64,000 nt of DNA from Phyllobates terribilis (lineage: Eukaryota). How positions within the stretch are numbered: the stretch's first letter is position 1; each line of letters starts with the position of its first letter. Positions 25,801 through 36,959 of the stretch are shown in pieces. Position numbers and translations under genes: made by a program. The notes below the pieces were generated by a model, which had not been told where the DNA came from, did no database searches, and was given only the letters and a program-made list of their open reading frames with translations. The stretch spans positions 576,662,001 through 576,726,000 of the forward strand of contig NW_027362763.1 in NCBI RefSeq assembly GCF_046119375.1. Direction: 5' to 3'.

Positions 25801-26150
25801 AAAGCTTGAGAATTTTGGAAAATCACCTCACCAACCATTTTAAGCGACTCTGGGACAATTGATGCCACTTAAGTGGTGTCTGTGCCACAATTTTGGGAAA
25901 AAAGGAGACTCTTTTTGGAGTCCCCTTGCTGTGTTTTACATGACGTTGCCATTGTCAATTCCAGGTGGGTCGGGTCTCCCCCCCCCCTTTTAACCGTAAG
26001 AAACTACATACACTATGGCTTGGGGTAACACAGATGGTTGAGTCTGAAGAACTGTTTACTCATACTATAACCTGGGAATCAGAGGTCTGCTCCAAAGCTT
26101 CAGTGTCTTCTAGTCAGTGGAGTAGCCACCGCCTGTAGATCTAATTACAA

Positions 26151-28430
26151 TTTTTTTTTTTCAAATTCAAGTTTTTTTTTATTTTTGTGTTGAAAAAGTA
26201 CAAGAAAATACAATATACATAGTAAAAGGGGTAGTATAACTATAAATCTATGCATAACGACAGTACATTGGGGGGTACAGGGAGGGTTTTCCATCAATAT
26301 CCAGATCAAGCATGTATTTTTCCATATGAAAGATAGAGAGAGAGGGAGCGGACCACGGCAGACCGCCAATCAATAGAGTGCGATTATGATCATTGTTGTG
26401 CCGACATCACGGATAACTTTAGTTGGGGGCTAGATGGTAGGCGTCAGAGTTTTGTAATATCAATCCAATCCTTCCAAATCACACAGTATCTATCAACATC
26501 AGCCGGTGAGATGGCAATCAGATGCTCCATCCTATTAAGGAGGGAGATCTCCGCAAACCATTCCTCCACAGTGGGTGGGTCTCTGCTTTTCTAGTGTCGT
26601 GGAATGATATTCTTAGCCGCCTGTATTAGGTAGCCTATTGATGACCTTTTATAACTACGTTTACTTATTGGTAACATTGATAAAAGGAGGGCTTCTGGCA
26701 TATTAGGGATAGTCAAACCAGTTATTTTCTCCATCATGGGAACCACCTTTGCCCAAAATGCATTTATTATAGGGCATGCCCACTATATGTGTGATATTGT
26801 CCCTTCCCCCACCCCACATCTCCAACATCTATCTGAGACCACTGGATACCATCTTTGAAGGACTGCTGGTACCCGGTACTATCTAGAGATAATTTTGAAG
26901 GAGGTTTCCTGAGCTTTGGACCCTATTGAGGTTTTATGTGTTAGGAAGAAACATTTATCCCATTGTGAGTCAGAGAAGGACTTCCCCAGTTCCGTTTCCC
27001 ATGCACCGCAGAATCCTGGCCTATTGTCAGTTACCTGGGCAATGAGGAGATTATACAGTAGGGAGATGGAGTGTGTAGACGGTGACAATGATAGGCTCAA
27101 TTTTTCAAAGTTTGTGAGATCTCTATGAAGATGTGTGCACTTCTTCACAGTTGAATAGAAGTGTTGTAACTGGCTATATTCAAAATTAGCCTTCGGGGAA
27201 GTGGCTCTTCCCTGTAACAAGTCATTGAGGGGGAGCAGCGAAGTATTGGAGATGACATGAGAAAATAATATCGGATGGGATTTAGTTGAACCGAGAAATC
27301 TATTTGCAGAGAGTCCTGGTGGGAAATCTGGATTATCTGAAATCGGGAGCAAGGGGCCCTGGGGGTCGATTGAGGATAAGCTTTTTTTTGGGGATCTCAA
27401 ACCCAAAGCAGTGGCATAAGTACTATATGACACGAGGCCAAGAGAGGGGACAATTAAATGGGCGCACCATGGGAGAGTGGTAAGAGCTTTAGGACAAATG
27501 GATTGAGCTATTTTGACCCACAATTTCCCCTCCGAATGATGGAAGAAGTCCAGGATTCTAGCATGTACTGCTGCCATGTAATACCTTCTACAATCCAGAA
27601 GGCTAAGGCCCCCCTTTTGCTTGTGTCTGATCAGAACGTCCCCCCGAATGCGTGGACGCCCACTTGCCCAGATAAATCTGCAAAAACTACTGCGTAGTCT
27701 TTTCCAAAAATTTGAGGGAATTACCACGGGAATGGTTTGGAAGAGGTATAAGAGTTTAGGTAGGACGTTCATTTTTAGTATATTTATTCTGCCGAATCAG
27801 GAAAAATCCTTCACCGTCCAAGAAGTAAGATCTCTATGAAGTTGTTCAATAAAGGGCCCAAAATTACGGTAAGATAAAATAGACGGGAGAGGTCTCTATG
27901 AATACGAATTCATAAGTATTTGATACCCTGTGAGGGCCAGGCAAAGGGAAAGTTGGACTGGATGGAATCCTGTATGGATTTGGGGAGGGAGACATCGAGG
28001 GCCTCAGACTTCGCTGCATTGATTTTAAAATTTGACCATGTACCAAAGTGATCTATTTCAGCCATAACAGCAGTGATGGATATATGTGGTTGAGTGATAT
28101 ATACTAGGACATCATCAGCAAATGCAGAGCACTTGTACTCGGTGCCTCCCACCTCAATTCCCCTAATATTGGGGTTATCGTAAATTGATGAGAGCAGGTG
28201 CTCCATCACTAGGATGTATAAGAGAGGGGACAGAGGACATCCCTGCCTTGTCCCACTGGTGATTATGAAAGGTGATGATAATGTTCCGTTTATCTTCAGC
28301 CTAGCTGACGGCCATGATTTTGGCTATAAAAGCGTCCCCTACCCCAAGATTTTTAAGAGAATAATATATGGCGTGCCAGGAGACTCTATGGAAAGCTTTC
28401 CCAGCATCCAGCGAGAGTATCTAATTACAA
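26151..28430 (-). mobile_element. 5'-truncated L1-clade LINE (ORF2 RT and C-terminus, poly-A tail)
   Basis: GTRQGCPLSPLL, SAFADDVLVYI, MNVLPKLLYLFQTIP, CWRCGG..HI.WACP knuckle; A-rich tail at ~26151-26190; stops and frameshifts present. Confidence 0.92.
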
Positions 28431-29373
28431 ATTTTTAACTGCATCTAGCCCAAGCAATACTTTGGGCCTAGTAGCAGTGTCTGCTAGTCAGCGGATTAAC
28501 CCAGCTGTTAAGCAAGCTACACCACCTGTAGTTTGGACACTTAATTTTTTCAAAGGAAATGGTTCGGGCCCCCAGGACACTCAGTGAAGAGCATCGGGAA
28601 GACACCCCAAGGCACAGGGGCTGGGACTGGCGGTAGGACGCCTTGCGGTGGACCGCCAAGCTCGATCCTTATAAAAGCTATTTAACTGCAGCAGCTTTAG
28701 TGGACGCTACTGGAGCTGAAATTACCACGGCTGCTGGCATGAGACTTGCCCTCCAATAGATCCTTGTAAAAGGATTTAAAGTGTACTCATTCAAATTAGA
28801 GAGACAATTTAAATTAAAAAGATTAGACCTGCCTCCACCGCAGGGGGGCTCGCTCGACCCACCAGCGGACAGGCACCAATATTGGGAGAGGGGGGCTGGC
28901 CGTCAGGGTCCACCGCAGCTCTGGCACAAACCCGGCGACACGGAGGTCGCACGGGCAGGAACGGACTGGCCGTGTCGTCGTCGCACTTTTTTGGTTTTAG
29001 AAGGGCATGACATGCCTATATCTGTGTCTCCCCCTCCTTTTACTCCTCCACCTCTTTTCTTTTCGCATGACTATATGTACTTGTCAATTTTCCATGGGCT
29101 AGTTGTGTCTTCTGAGCAGTTTGTCAGCTTTTGAACACCTTTGAAGTGTTTTCTATGTGTTTTCTATGTGTTGCTATGTGTTTTTGTTTGCCTGCCATTG
29201 CTTTTAACGGTGTTCGAAGGTGTTCGACGAACAGTTCGGCGAACATACGGGTGTTCGACGAACCGAACTCGAACACTACGGGGGTGGCTCAACACTACCC
29301 ACGATGCAGAAATGCTCCAGATTTTTCCTGAGCCTTTCTGCATCTCCCTTGCAGAAAAAAATGCATGTGGATT

Positions 29374-30589
29374 TGTGGCGCCCCTGATGGTTCGGTCGCC
29401 ACAGAGGTACTGCATGTCACCCAGAGGTGTGGTATCTCTCCCTCAGGTAAGGAAGGAGTACAGCTCAGGACCCTAACACCTGCATTCACTACACCACATT
29501 TCAGAGGGCAGGGCGAGATTGCTCCTATGGGAGAGCACAGTCCCTGATCCCTGGCTGGAGTGGGGGGAACCACAGTAAGGGGGAACCATGTAGTGGGTGT
29601 GGGTGGAGGACGTAGTTCAGGGGAGAACTTCAGTAGCTGTATAAAAAGAGGAAACCATCTTAGATCAGTGTTCAGTCAGAGGAGGAGAAGTGGCAGGAGC
29701 AGAGGCTCTGCACGAGCTCTGCCCCAGAGGCGGGCCTGGACAGTAAGGCCCAAATCTGAGAAGGAGAGAAGAGAGGAGAGGGAGAAGGAAGGCTCCAGGA
29801 ACAGAAGGGATCCCAGGGGTGCGGGTAGTGCTGGAGGCCACCCGTACGCCCGAATCTACCGGGAGGTGGAGGGATCAGGCCGTGAAAAGGGAACCGGGTC
29901 CCTCAGCTAGTGAAAGATTGCAAGTCTTAGCTAGAAACAGGAGGCTGCTGGATTTCATGTCCTGTAGCCACAAGTCCACGTCAGTCTCACCAAGAAGGTA
30001 GCCACATAGGACCCAGGGGACGGAACATACGTCGCTCGCCAAGGCCAGCGGGTACCGGATTGGAGTCACTAGGTGTGAGGTGCAGAGAAGAGGCCAGAGA
30101 AAGGACACAGAAGTGGGTCCTGCTAAATACTCCGGAGCTATCTGGGGGTGGACTGAGCCCCTCACTGAGTACGCACAGCACGACGGGGGAGATTGCTTTG
30201 GTACCTGTAATCTGGATTGCACCAACTGTGAGTAAAGACCCTGGGACTGCACTATCTTGTCTCTGTGTTCCTTGCTGCGCCATCACCCACTGCACTACAA
30301 TGCCCAGCACAACCTGCAATATCCACACTGCCCTGAAGCTAACTCTTCCTGTGGGGAGTAATAACATCCTCGCTGCAATACCACCAGCTTCCGAGGACTG
30401 TTCTGCAGTGGCGGCCCCTTTAGCCGCATTCCACAGGTGGCGTAGTCGGACTCTTTAATAAAACCTATACATACAATTCCCCTTGGATTGACCGCCCTGG
30501 GTCACGGACCGGGTCACCGCCACTGTGACTACAACCCCCAGCATCTACCGGCCTGGCACTGGGTACCCCACAGCCCAGGGGGCGCGTCA
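29374..30589 (+). repeat. 5' LTR (1216 bp)
   Basis: TGTGGCGCCCC...GGGGCGCGTCA; TATAAAA at 29640; AATAAA at 30457. Confidence 0.93.
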
Positions 30590-30593
30590 ATTT

Positions 30594-30611
30594 TGGCGTA
30601 GTCGGCAGGAT
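30594..30611 (+). promoter_or_regulatory. Primer-binding site for tRNA-Ser
   Basis: TGGCGTAGTCGGCAGGAT is complementary to the 3' end (..ATCCTGCCGACTACGCCA) of vertebrate tRNA-Ser(AGA/TGA type); it begins 4 nt after the LTR. Confidence 0.9.
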
Positions 30612-30640
30612 ATGTAACCCACCCGTTATCATCGGGTATT

Positions 30641-32194
30641 GTGCGCCTAAAGACTGTGTTTTCTACTAAATGTGGCGCCCGCCCCAGAAGAACAGGCGCC
30701 ATTATGTGCGAGCCAAACAACAACAAAAAGTCGCCTCCCATCGTGGGCCAGGTCCCAGAATGGCGCCAAAAGCGTGGCCCACCCACTGCAACTGTGGTCA
30801 TGACCCTGGACCTGTCCATCAGTCTGGAAGAGACGCCCCCAGGTGTGCCCGACAGCAAGCAGACAAGGGACCGCCCCAAAAAGGGGAGAGGAAATAAAAC
30901 TAAGAGACGGGATGTGGTCTGGATCCTTCCAGACGGACCATACCCGGCAGGGAAGATGGAGTTAAGTGAAGCCGGAAGCCCTGCTAGCGGCCTGTCACCA
31001 CCGGAGGCACCCCTCACCCTGGAGGAGTTAATTGCCAGGCTGTCCCGGGAGGATTCTGAGTTCCTCTGTACCGGGATGGAAGACCTGAGTTGGAGGATGG
31101 AGCGGGCCCAGCAAGAGACTATCACAAGCTGGAAGAAAGAGATGGTGGAACGGTTGGCGAGCCGGCAGCAAGCACCGCTGCCAAGCACGGACAGTGCCCC
31201 AGCCGTAGCGGATCCGGACCAGCGCCAGGAGGCGGAGTGCAGCGCAAGAGCGGCCGTGGGAGCAGGTAAGAGGAGTCTCCCTGTTCCGGGCGCTAGAGCC
31301 GCTGACCCTCTCCTGGGCCCTCTGGTGGATCTGCCGACCCCGGGTGCTACTGATACCGGCCCGCTCCTGACACCCCAGCAAGGCCCTCTACCCCCGGCCG
31401 TGGCAAGCGAAGACCCATTCTGGACCCTCCTCCCAGGAAACGTGTCCCCGGGCGAGCCCACCCTAAACTTCTTTCCAGCCCCGGAACCGTTACCTCCAGG
31501 CACCAGCGACACCGGCCCGCTCCTAGGCCTCTTGCAGGAGCCGCCGCCTCCCACACTCAGGTGGATGTGCAAACGGCGTCCATGGGATTGGTCTGCGGAG
31601 GTGGAGGACCAGCGGCCCGCACTCCTGCCCACTCCCCAGCCCCCTGCCGACTCCCGCGGCGAGGAAGAGGAGTACGAGTGGGACAACCTCGGGGAAGACC
31701 TCATGGGGTTTTCCCAAGAAACCAGGGCAGCAGCAGCCCACAGGAAGGAGCACTGTCGGAGGGAGCTGGAGCAACTTGAGAGAGAGAGGCACATCTGGCG
31801 GGTGTGGTGGGAGAAACTAGAGGCCCGCAACATGGTAGAGAAGTCCCGGGCCCGCAGAACCAGCAAAGCAGCATCCGGTCCCCGTACGGAAGGGGTTGTT
31901 GTTAAGTTCAACCTGGATGGAAGTTGGGGTTTCATCCGGGACCCGTGTTCCGACACCGCACTCTTCGTCAATCGGAGGGACGTGGAGTCCCACCTTAAAG
32001 AAGGTCATCCGGACCGAAACCTATTCTCGGGTGATTATGTAAGCTATACCAGACACCGAGGTGAACGAGGCTGGTATGCCTTAAATGTCCACCGGGTGGG
32101 GACAGAGAGCAGCTCCTCACCCTACAGTGCTGAAGACCTGGCTGGGTCAGCCTACAGTGGACAAGATCTTCCCCGGAGGGAGCACCACTACTGA
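30641..32194 (+). CDS. LTR-element ORF: predicted helical segments, Pro-rich repeats and a C-terminal cold-shock domain
   Basis: Uninterrupted ORF (the track starts at a GTG; ATG candidates at 30704 and strong-Kozak 30956); CSD at ~31883-32098 (GVVVKFNLDGSWGFI..ALFVNRRDV..GDYVSY..GERGWYALNV). Confidence 0.82.
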   Translation: MRLKTVFSTKCGARPRRTGAIMCEPNNNKKSPPIVGQVPEWRQKRGPPTATVVMTLDLSISLEETPPGVPDSKQTRDRPKKGRGNKTKRRDVVWILPDGPYPAGKMELSEAGSPASGLSPPEAPLTLEELIARLSREDSEFLCTGMEDLSWRMERAQQETITSWKKEMVERLASRQQAPLPSTDSAPAVADPDQRQEAECSARAAVGAGKRSLPVPGARAADPLLGPLVDLPTPGATDTGPLLTPQQGPLPPAVASEDPFWTLLPGNVSPGEPTLNFFPAPEPLPPGTSDTGPLLGLLQEPPPPTLRWMCKRRPWDWSAEVEDQRPALLPTPQPPADSRGEEEEYEWDNLGEDLMGFSQETRAAAAHRKEHCRRELEQLERERHIWRVWWEKLEARNMVEKSRARRTSKAASGPRTEGVVVKFNLDGSWGFIRDPCSDTALFVNRRDVESHLKEGHPDRNLFSGDYVSYTRHRGERGWYALNVHRVGTESSSSPYSAEDLAGSAYSGQDLPRREHHY

Positions 32195-32248
32195 GCACAG
32201 TAGTTGGAACTTTTGTACTGTAAATAGTTGCCCGGAAGGGTATGGAGA

Positions 32249-33454
32249 TGTAGCACCCTGAGGATTCGGCTGCTACAGGAGTATTGCACCTCAGCCAGAG
32301 GTGTGATATTCCACTCCCGGGTAAGGATGGAGTGTGGAGCTGAGCTCAGATAGCTGCATGCACTACATACATCCCATTTCCGAGGGACAGACCTATGGTA
32401 CTCCCACTAGGAAAATGTGCAGGTACAACCGTGTCTGTCCCTGGCTGGAGTGGGAGGGGGGTGGAACATCCCAGTAGTGTAGGGGCAGATAGGGGGAGCA
32501 GTCTGGGTAGTGCTAGGAGCTCATTGGGTGCTGGTCACCTGAGCTCACACATAGAGGGAGTATATAAGGTGGGAACCATCTTAGATCAGGGTCAGTCAGC
32601 CAGTCGGTCTTTTGCAGAGTCAGTGGAAGAGAGCAGAGGAGCAGAGCAGCCCCAAGGCCCAGAGAGAGAGAGGAGAAAGAAAGACCCAGAGGGGGAGAAA
32701 GAAGGAACTCTAAGAGCCCAAATTAAATCAAAGGGTGAAGAGTTGGCACAAGGGTACCGGATCCCAAACTGGTGGAGGGCACTTATCCTCAGCCAGAGAC
32801 CGGAGGTCGTGGGCAGGATCTGCCACGACCACCCACTATATCCACCCGGAAGGCAGACCACGCATAGGGTCAGGGAACCCAGAGACAAGGGTTTACCAAC
32901 AAGAGGCCCGAGGGAGCCGGACTTAGGTGGATCCCTGGTGGGGAAGGCCAGAGACGAGGACAGGACAGAAAGGGAGCTCAGAACCACGCTCCAGAACTAC
33001 TTGGGGGTTGGCCGAGTCCAGGACCTGGTGGATGCAGCACGGCTCGGGTGGTCACTCAAGGCCGGAGTGACCGGTACAAGAACAGCAGTAAGTAAAAACC
33101 CTGAACTGCAGAACCCGACTCTGACTCTCATTACCATCCTCACTGCACCTCCACAACCACCATCCTCTGCACCTGACCCCCTGAGGCTATACCCCTCCCG
33201 TTGGGGGTTATACTACCTGAGCTGCGCAAACACCACCAGCCTCAGCGGACCCTGCTGCAGCGGCGGCCGTAGTGACCGCAATTCAACGGGTGGCGTAGTC
33301 GACATAAAGAACTTTAGTAACATCAGTAAGGACTGCCACACTCTGAGCTTGACACCCTGGGCACGGACCGGGTCACAGCCACTCGGAGACTACAACCCCC
33401 ATCTGATCCGGCTCCGGGTATTCCCCTAAAGAATATGGCCCAGGGGGCGCGTCA
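32249..33454 (+). mobile_element. Solo LTR of a related but divergent subfamily, nested in the CSD element
   Basis: TGTAGCACCC...GGGGCGCGTCA; TSD GAGA at 32245-48 and 33455-58. Confidence 0.9.
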
Positions 33455-34097
33455 GAGACACTGCAAGTTTGACTGGTGTTGTGTGCTAATATAGTTACCC
33501 GGAAAGGGTTCAAAAACTGTCAGGTTATGGACGGTGAATAACCAAAGAACTGATCTTCTAAATAGTTGCACTTCTTAAAGTGCCCCTTATTGGTTTTATA
33601 AATATACAACAAATGACCTCAGAACAAAAACCCGTTTGGCGTGGCCGAAGATGTGGTCCAACGGCCGGATCACCTATGCCCTGCAGCCACGCCCAGGGCC
33701 TACGTTGAGGGTTTTCAGACGGGTCCCTCGTGTTCGAGTTTGCTAGTTTGCACCTTACAAAAAAAATGGACACCTGGTTGCAGATCTTACTGTGACTGGT
33801 TGACAAAAGTTTTACATGGAAAAATGTTTTGATATGACAAATGCTTAATATGAAGAATGTTTATGAGAAAAGTGTTTTATGCGTGAGAGATGTGTTTATA
33901 CAAGTGAAAAAGTTTTATAATGTAGTGATAGAAACGTAACCAGTAACGTTAAAGAAAAAGAGCCTCCCATAAAGGGAAGAAATGTTATGTTTGTGATCTT
34001 CTATGAGAATGCATTCAAAAATTTTGCATGTCTTTAATCTACCCTGTCTTTTACTCTGTTCCAGCCTGGGGACGTGCTGTGTTTTACCAGGGGTGGG

Positions 34098-35456
34098 TGT
34101 GGCGCCCCTGAGGGTTCGGTCACCACAGAGGTACTGCATCTCACCCAGAGGTGTGGTATCTCACCCTCAGGTAAGGAAGGAGTACAGCTCAGGACCCTAA
34201 CACCTGCATTCACTACACCACATTTCAGAGGGCAGGGCGAGATTGCTCCTACGGGAGAGCACAGTCCCTGATCCCTGGCTGAATTGGGGGGAACCACAGT
34301 AAGGGGGAACCATGTAGTGGGTGTGGGTGGAGGACATAGTTCAGGGGAGCACTTCAGTAGCTGTATAAAAAGAGGGAACCATCTTAGATCAGTGTTCAGT
34401 CAGAGGAGGGGAAGCGACAGGAGAAGAGGCTCTGCACGAGCTCTGCCCCAGAGGCGGGCCTGGACAGTAAGGCCCAAATCTGAGAAGGAGAGGAGAGGGA
34501 GCAGGAAGGCTCCAGGAACAGAAGGGATCCTAGGGGTGCGGGCAGTGCTGGAGGCCACCCGAACGCCCGAATCTACCGGGAGGTGGAGGGATCAGGCTGT
34601 GAAAAGGGAACCGGGTCCTTCAGCTAGTGAAAGATTGCAAGTCTTAGCTAGAATCCGGAGGCTGCTGGATTTCATGTCCTGTAGCCACAAGTCCACGCCA
34701 GTCTCACCAAGAAGGTAGCCACATAAGACCCAGGGGACGGAACATACGTCGCCCTCCATGGCCCGCGGGTACCGGATTGGAGTCACTAGGTGTGAGGCTA
34801 GAAACCGGAGGCTGCTGGATTTCATGTCCTGTAGCCACAAGTCCACTCCAGTCTCACCAAGAAGGTAGCCACATAGGACCCAGGGGACGGAACATACGTC
34901 GCCCTCCATGGCCCGCAGGTACCGGATTGGAGTCACTAGGTGTGAGGTGCAGAGAAGAGGCCAGAGAAAGGACACAGAAGGGGGTCCTGCTACGTACTCC
35001 GGAGCTATCTGGGGGTGGACTGAGCCCCTCACTGAGTACGCACAGCACAACGGGGGAGATTGCTTTGGTACCTGTAATCTGGATTGCACCAACTGTGAGT
35101 AAAGACCCTGGGACTGCACTATCTTGTCTCTGTGTTCCTTGCTGCGCCATCACCCACTGCACTACAACGCCCAGCACAACCTGCAATATCCACACTGCCC
35201 TGAAGCTAACTCTTCCTGTGGGGAGTAATAACATCCTCGCTGCAATACCACCAGCTTCAGAGGACTGTTCCACAGCGGCAGCCCCTTTAGCCGCATTCCA
35301 CAGGTGGCGTAGTCGGACTCTTTAATAAAACCTATACATACAATTCCCCTTGGATTGACCGCCCTGGGTCACGGACCGGGTAACCGCCACTGTGACTACA
35401 ACCCCCAGCATCTACCGGCCCGGCACCGGGTACCCCACGGCCCAGGGGGCGCGTCA
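34098..35456 (+). repeat. 3' LTR (1359 bp) with an internal 150-bp tandem duplication
   Basis: Colinear with the 5' LTR; duplicated unit at 34647-34796 / 34797-34946. Confidence 0.93.
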
Positions 35457-36959
35457 GATTTTACATGCGTTTTTCCTGCCAGGGACAAGCGGAAGTGAAG
35501 CGTTTTTGCATACATTTGCCGCGGTCGCGTGACCCGTCACATAACTAAATGACATCACGGCAGGTCCTTTTTAGACCATCGCGAGCTGCCGGCAAGCCAG
35601 GACGCATCGCTAAAGACATCGGGGGCCATCAGAAGGTAAGTATAAAGTATATTTTTTATTTTAGTCTTTTTTTTACAGGTAGTATTGTACCAGGGTCTGG
35701 AGGAGAGTCTCCTCTTCTCCAAACACGGGTACCATCCGCACATTGAACCGCATGATATCCGCATGTACAGATCCAGTGATGCGTAATCCATGCAGTCCAA
35801 TGCAAGTCAATGGCGGCGAAAACGCCACAATTTCGCAAAATAATTGGTAGTGCTGCGGATTTTTCCACAATGATAACCCGCAGCAGAAATTTCCGCAGCA
35901 TGTGCACAGCACATGCGGATTATCATTGGGGAACATGGCAGACCTTCTACCAAGCATTTTTTAAGCATTTCTGCCGCGGAATTACCGCTGCGGAAATGCT
36001 TAAAAAACACATAGTGGGCACACAGCCTAATTGTCCCCTCAGGGTACTCAAAGCTGAGATCGTCTAATTGCTTGAGCTATTTGTGCTTGTGTCACAACGT
36101 TACTGTAAAAAGTTAAAATCACGGTCTCCTTTGAAGCTCAGCCACATGCTGGATTTTAAAGGAGCTCCGCAATGATAAGCATGGAAGTCTTCAACAGACC
36201 CCCCACTGTTATAGCAATTCATCACAGTCTCTGCTCCGATGAGCACATGGAATGACTCGCCCCCTTACCCCTTAGCCCCACCCTCCCCCGTGCCAGCTAG
36301 TGATGAGCGAACGTGCTCGCCACTACTCGGTACTCGCCCGAGCATCATGGTGCTCAACAAGCTCGGCGAGTATTTCCGGGTTGCTCGGGCGGGAACTAGG
36401 GTCTCCTCCCTGAATGTTTGGCGCTCTTTAGAGAGCCAATGAACATGCAGGGATTGCCTCTTATGCACTGTAATGCCGTAGCCATGTTGGTTGTGGGCAT
36501 TACAGTGATTGGCTGGCCACATAGCGTCATCAGGTGTATATCAGACCTGGCGCCGCCATGCTCGTCACAGTCACTCCGGATCAGACAGTGTAGGGAGCGC
36601 TGCTGCTGCGTCAGGGAGAGATTTGATCGTGTATTAGGTAGTGTAAGGATAAAAACCGTACATTACACATATCCATCTTAACAAACAGTCCTTCTGAGGA
36701 CTAATCCATCTGCAGAGATATCAGGCAGGCAGTGTATATAGCAGACTGCAGTGCATATAGCACAAGAGGCTCCATTCCAGTTCTGTCGGCTCCATTTCTA
36801 TACAAAGGCCCAGGTCTCAGGGGCCAGGAATACTTTTTTTTTTGCATCTTAATCATCATTATTTGCTTAAAAAGCAATCCAGAGAACACTGTTTTTCTGC
36901 GTCATTTGCTTGTTGGCACTGCAGAATACAACCAGGTCCTTTCCATATTACAGCGCTAA

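Larger units (their letters stand above)
29374..35456 (+). mobile_element. Complete non-autonomous LTR retroelement (Gypsy-type LTRs) with a single CSD-containing ORF
   Basis: TSD GATT (29370-73, 35457-60); paired near-identical LTRs; PBS; purine-rich PPT before 34098; no RT, RNase H or integrase motifs seen. Confidence 0.92.

Noticed and set aside
30529-31971. 480-aa antisense ORF
   Set aside because: Shadow of the GC-rich sense ORF; no domain, and it runs into the LTR
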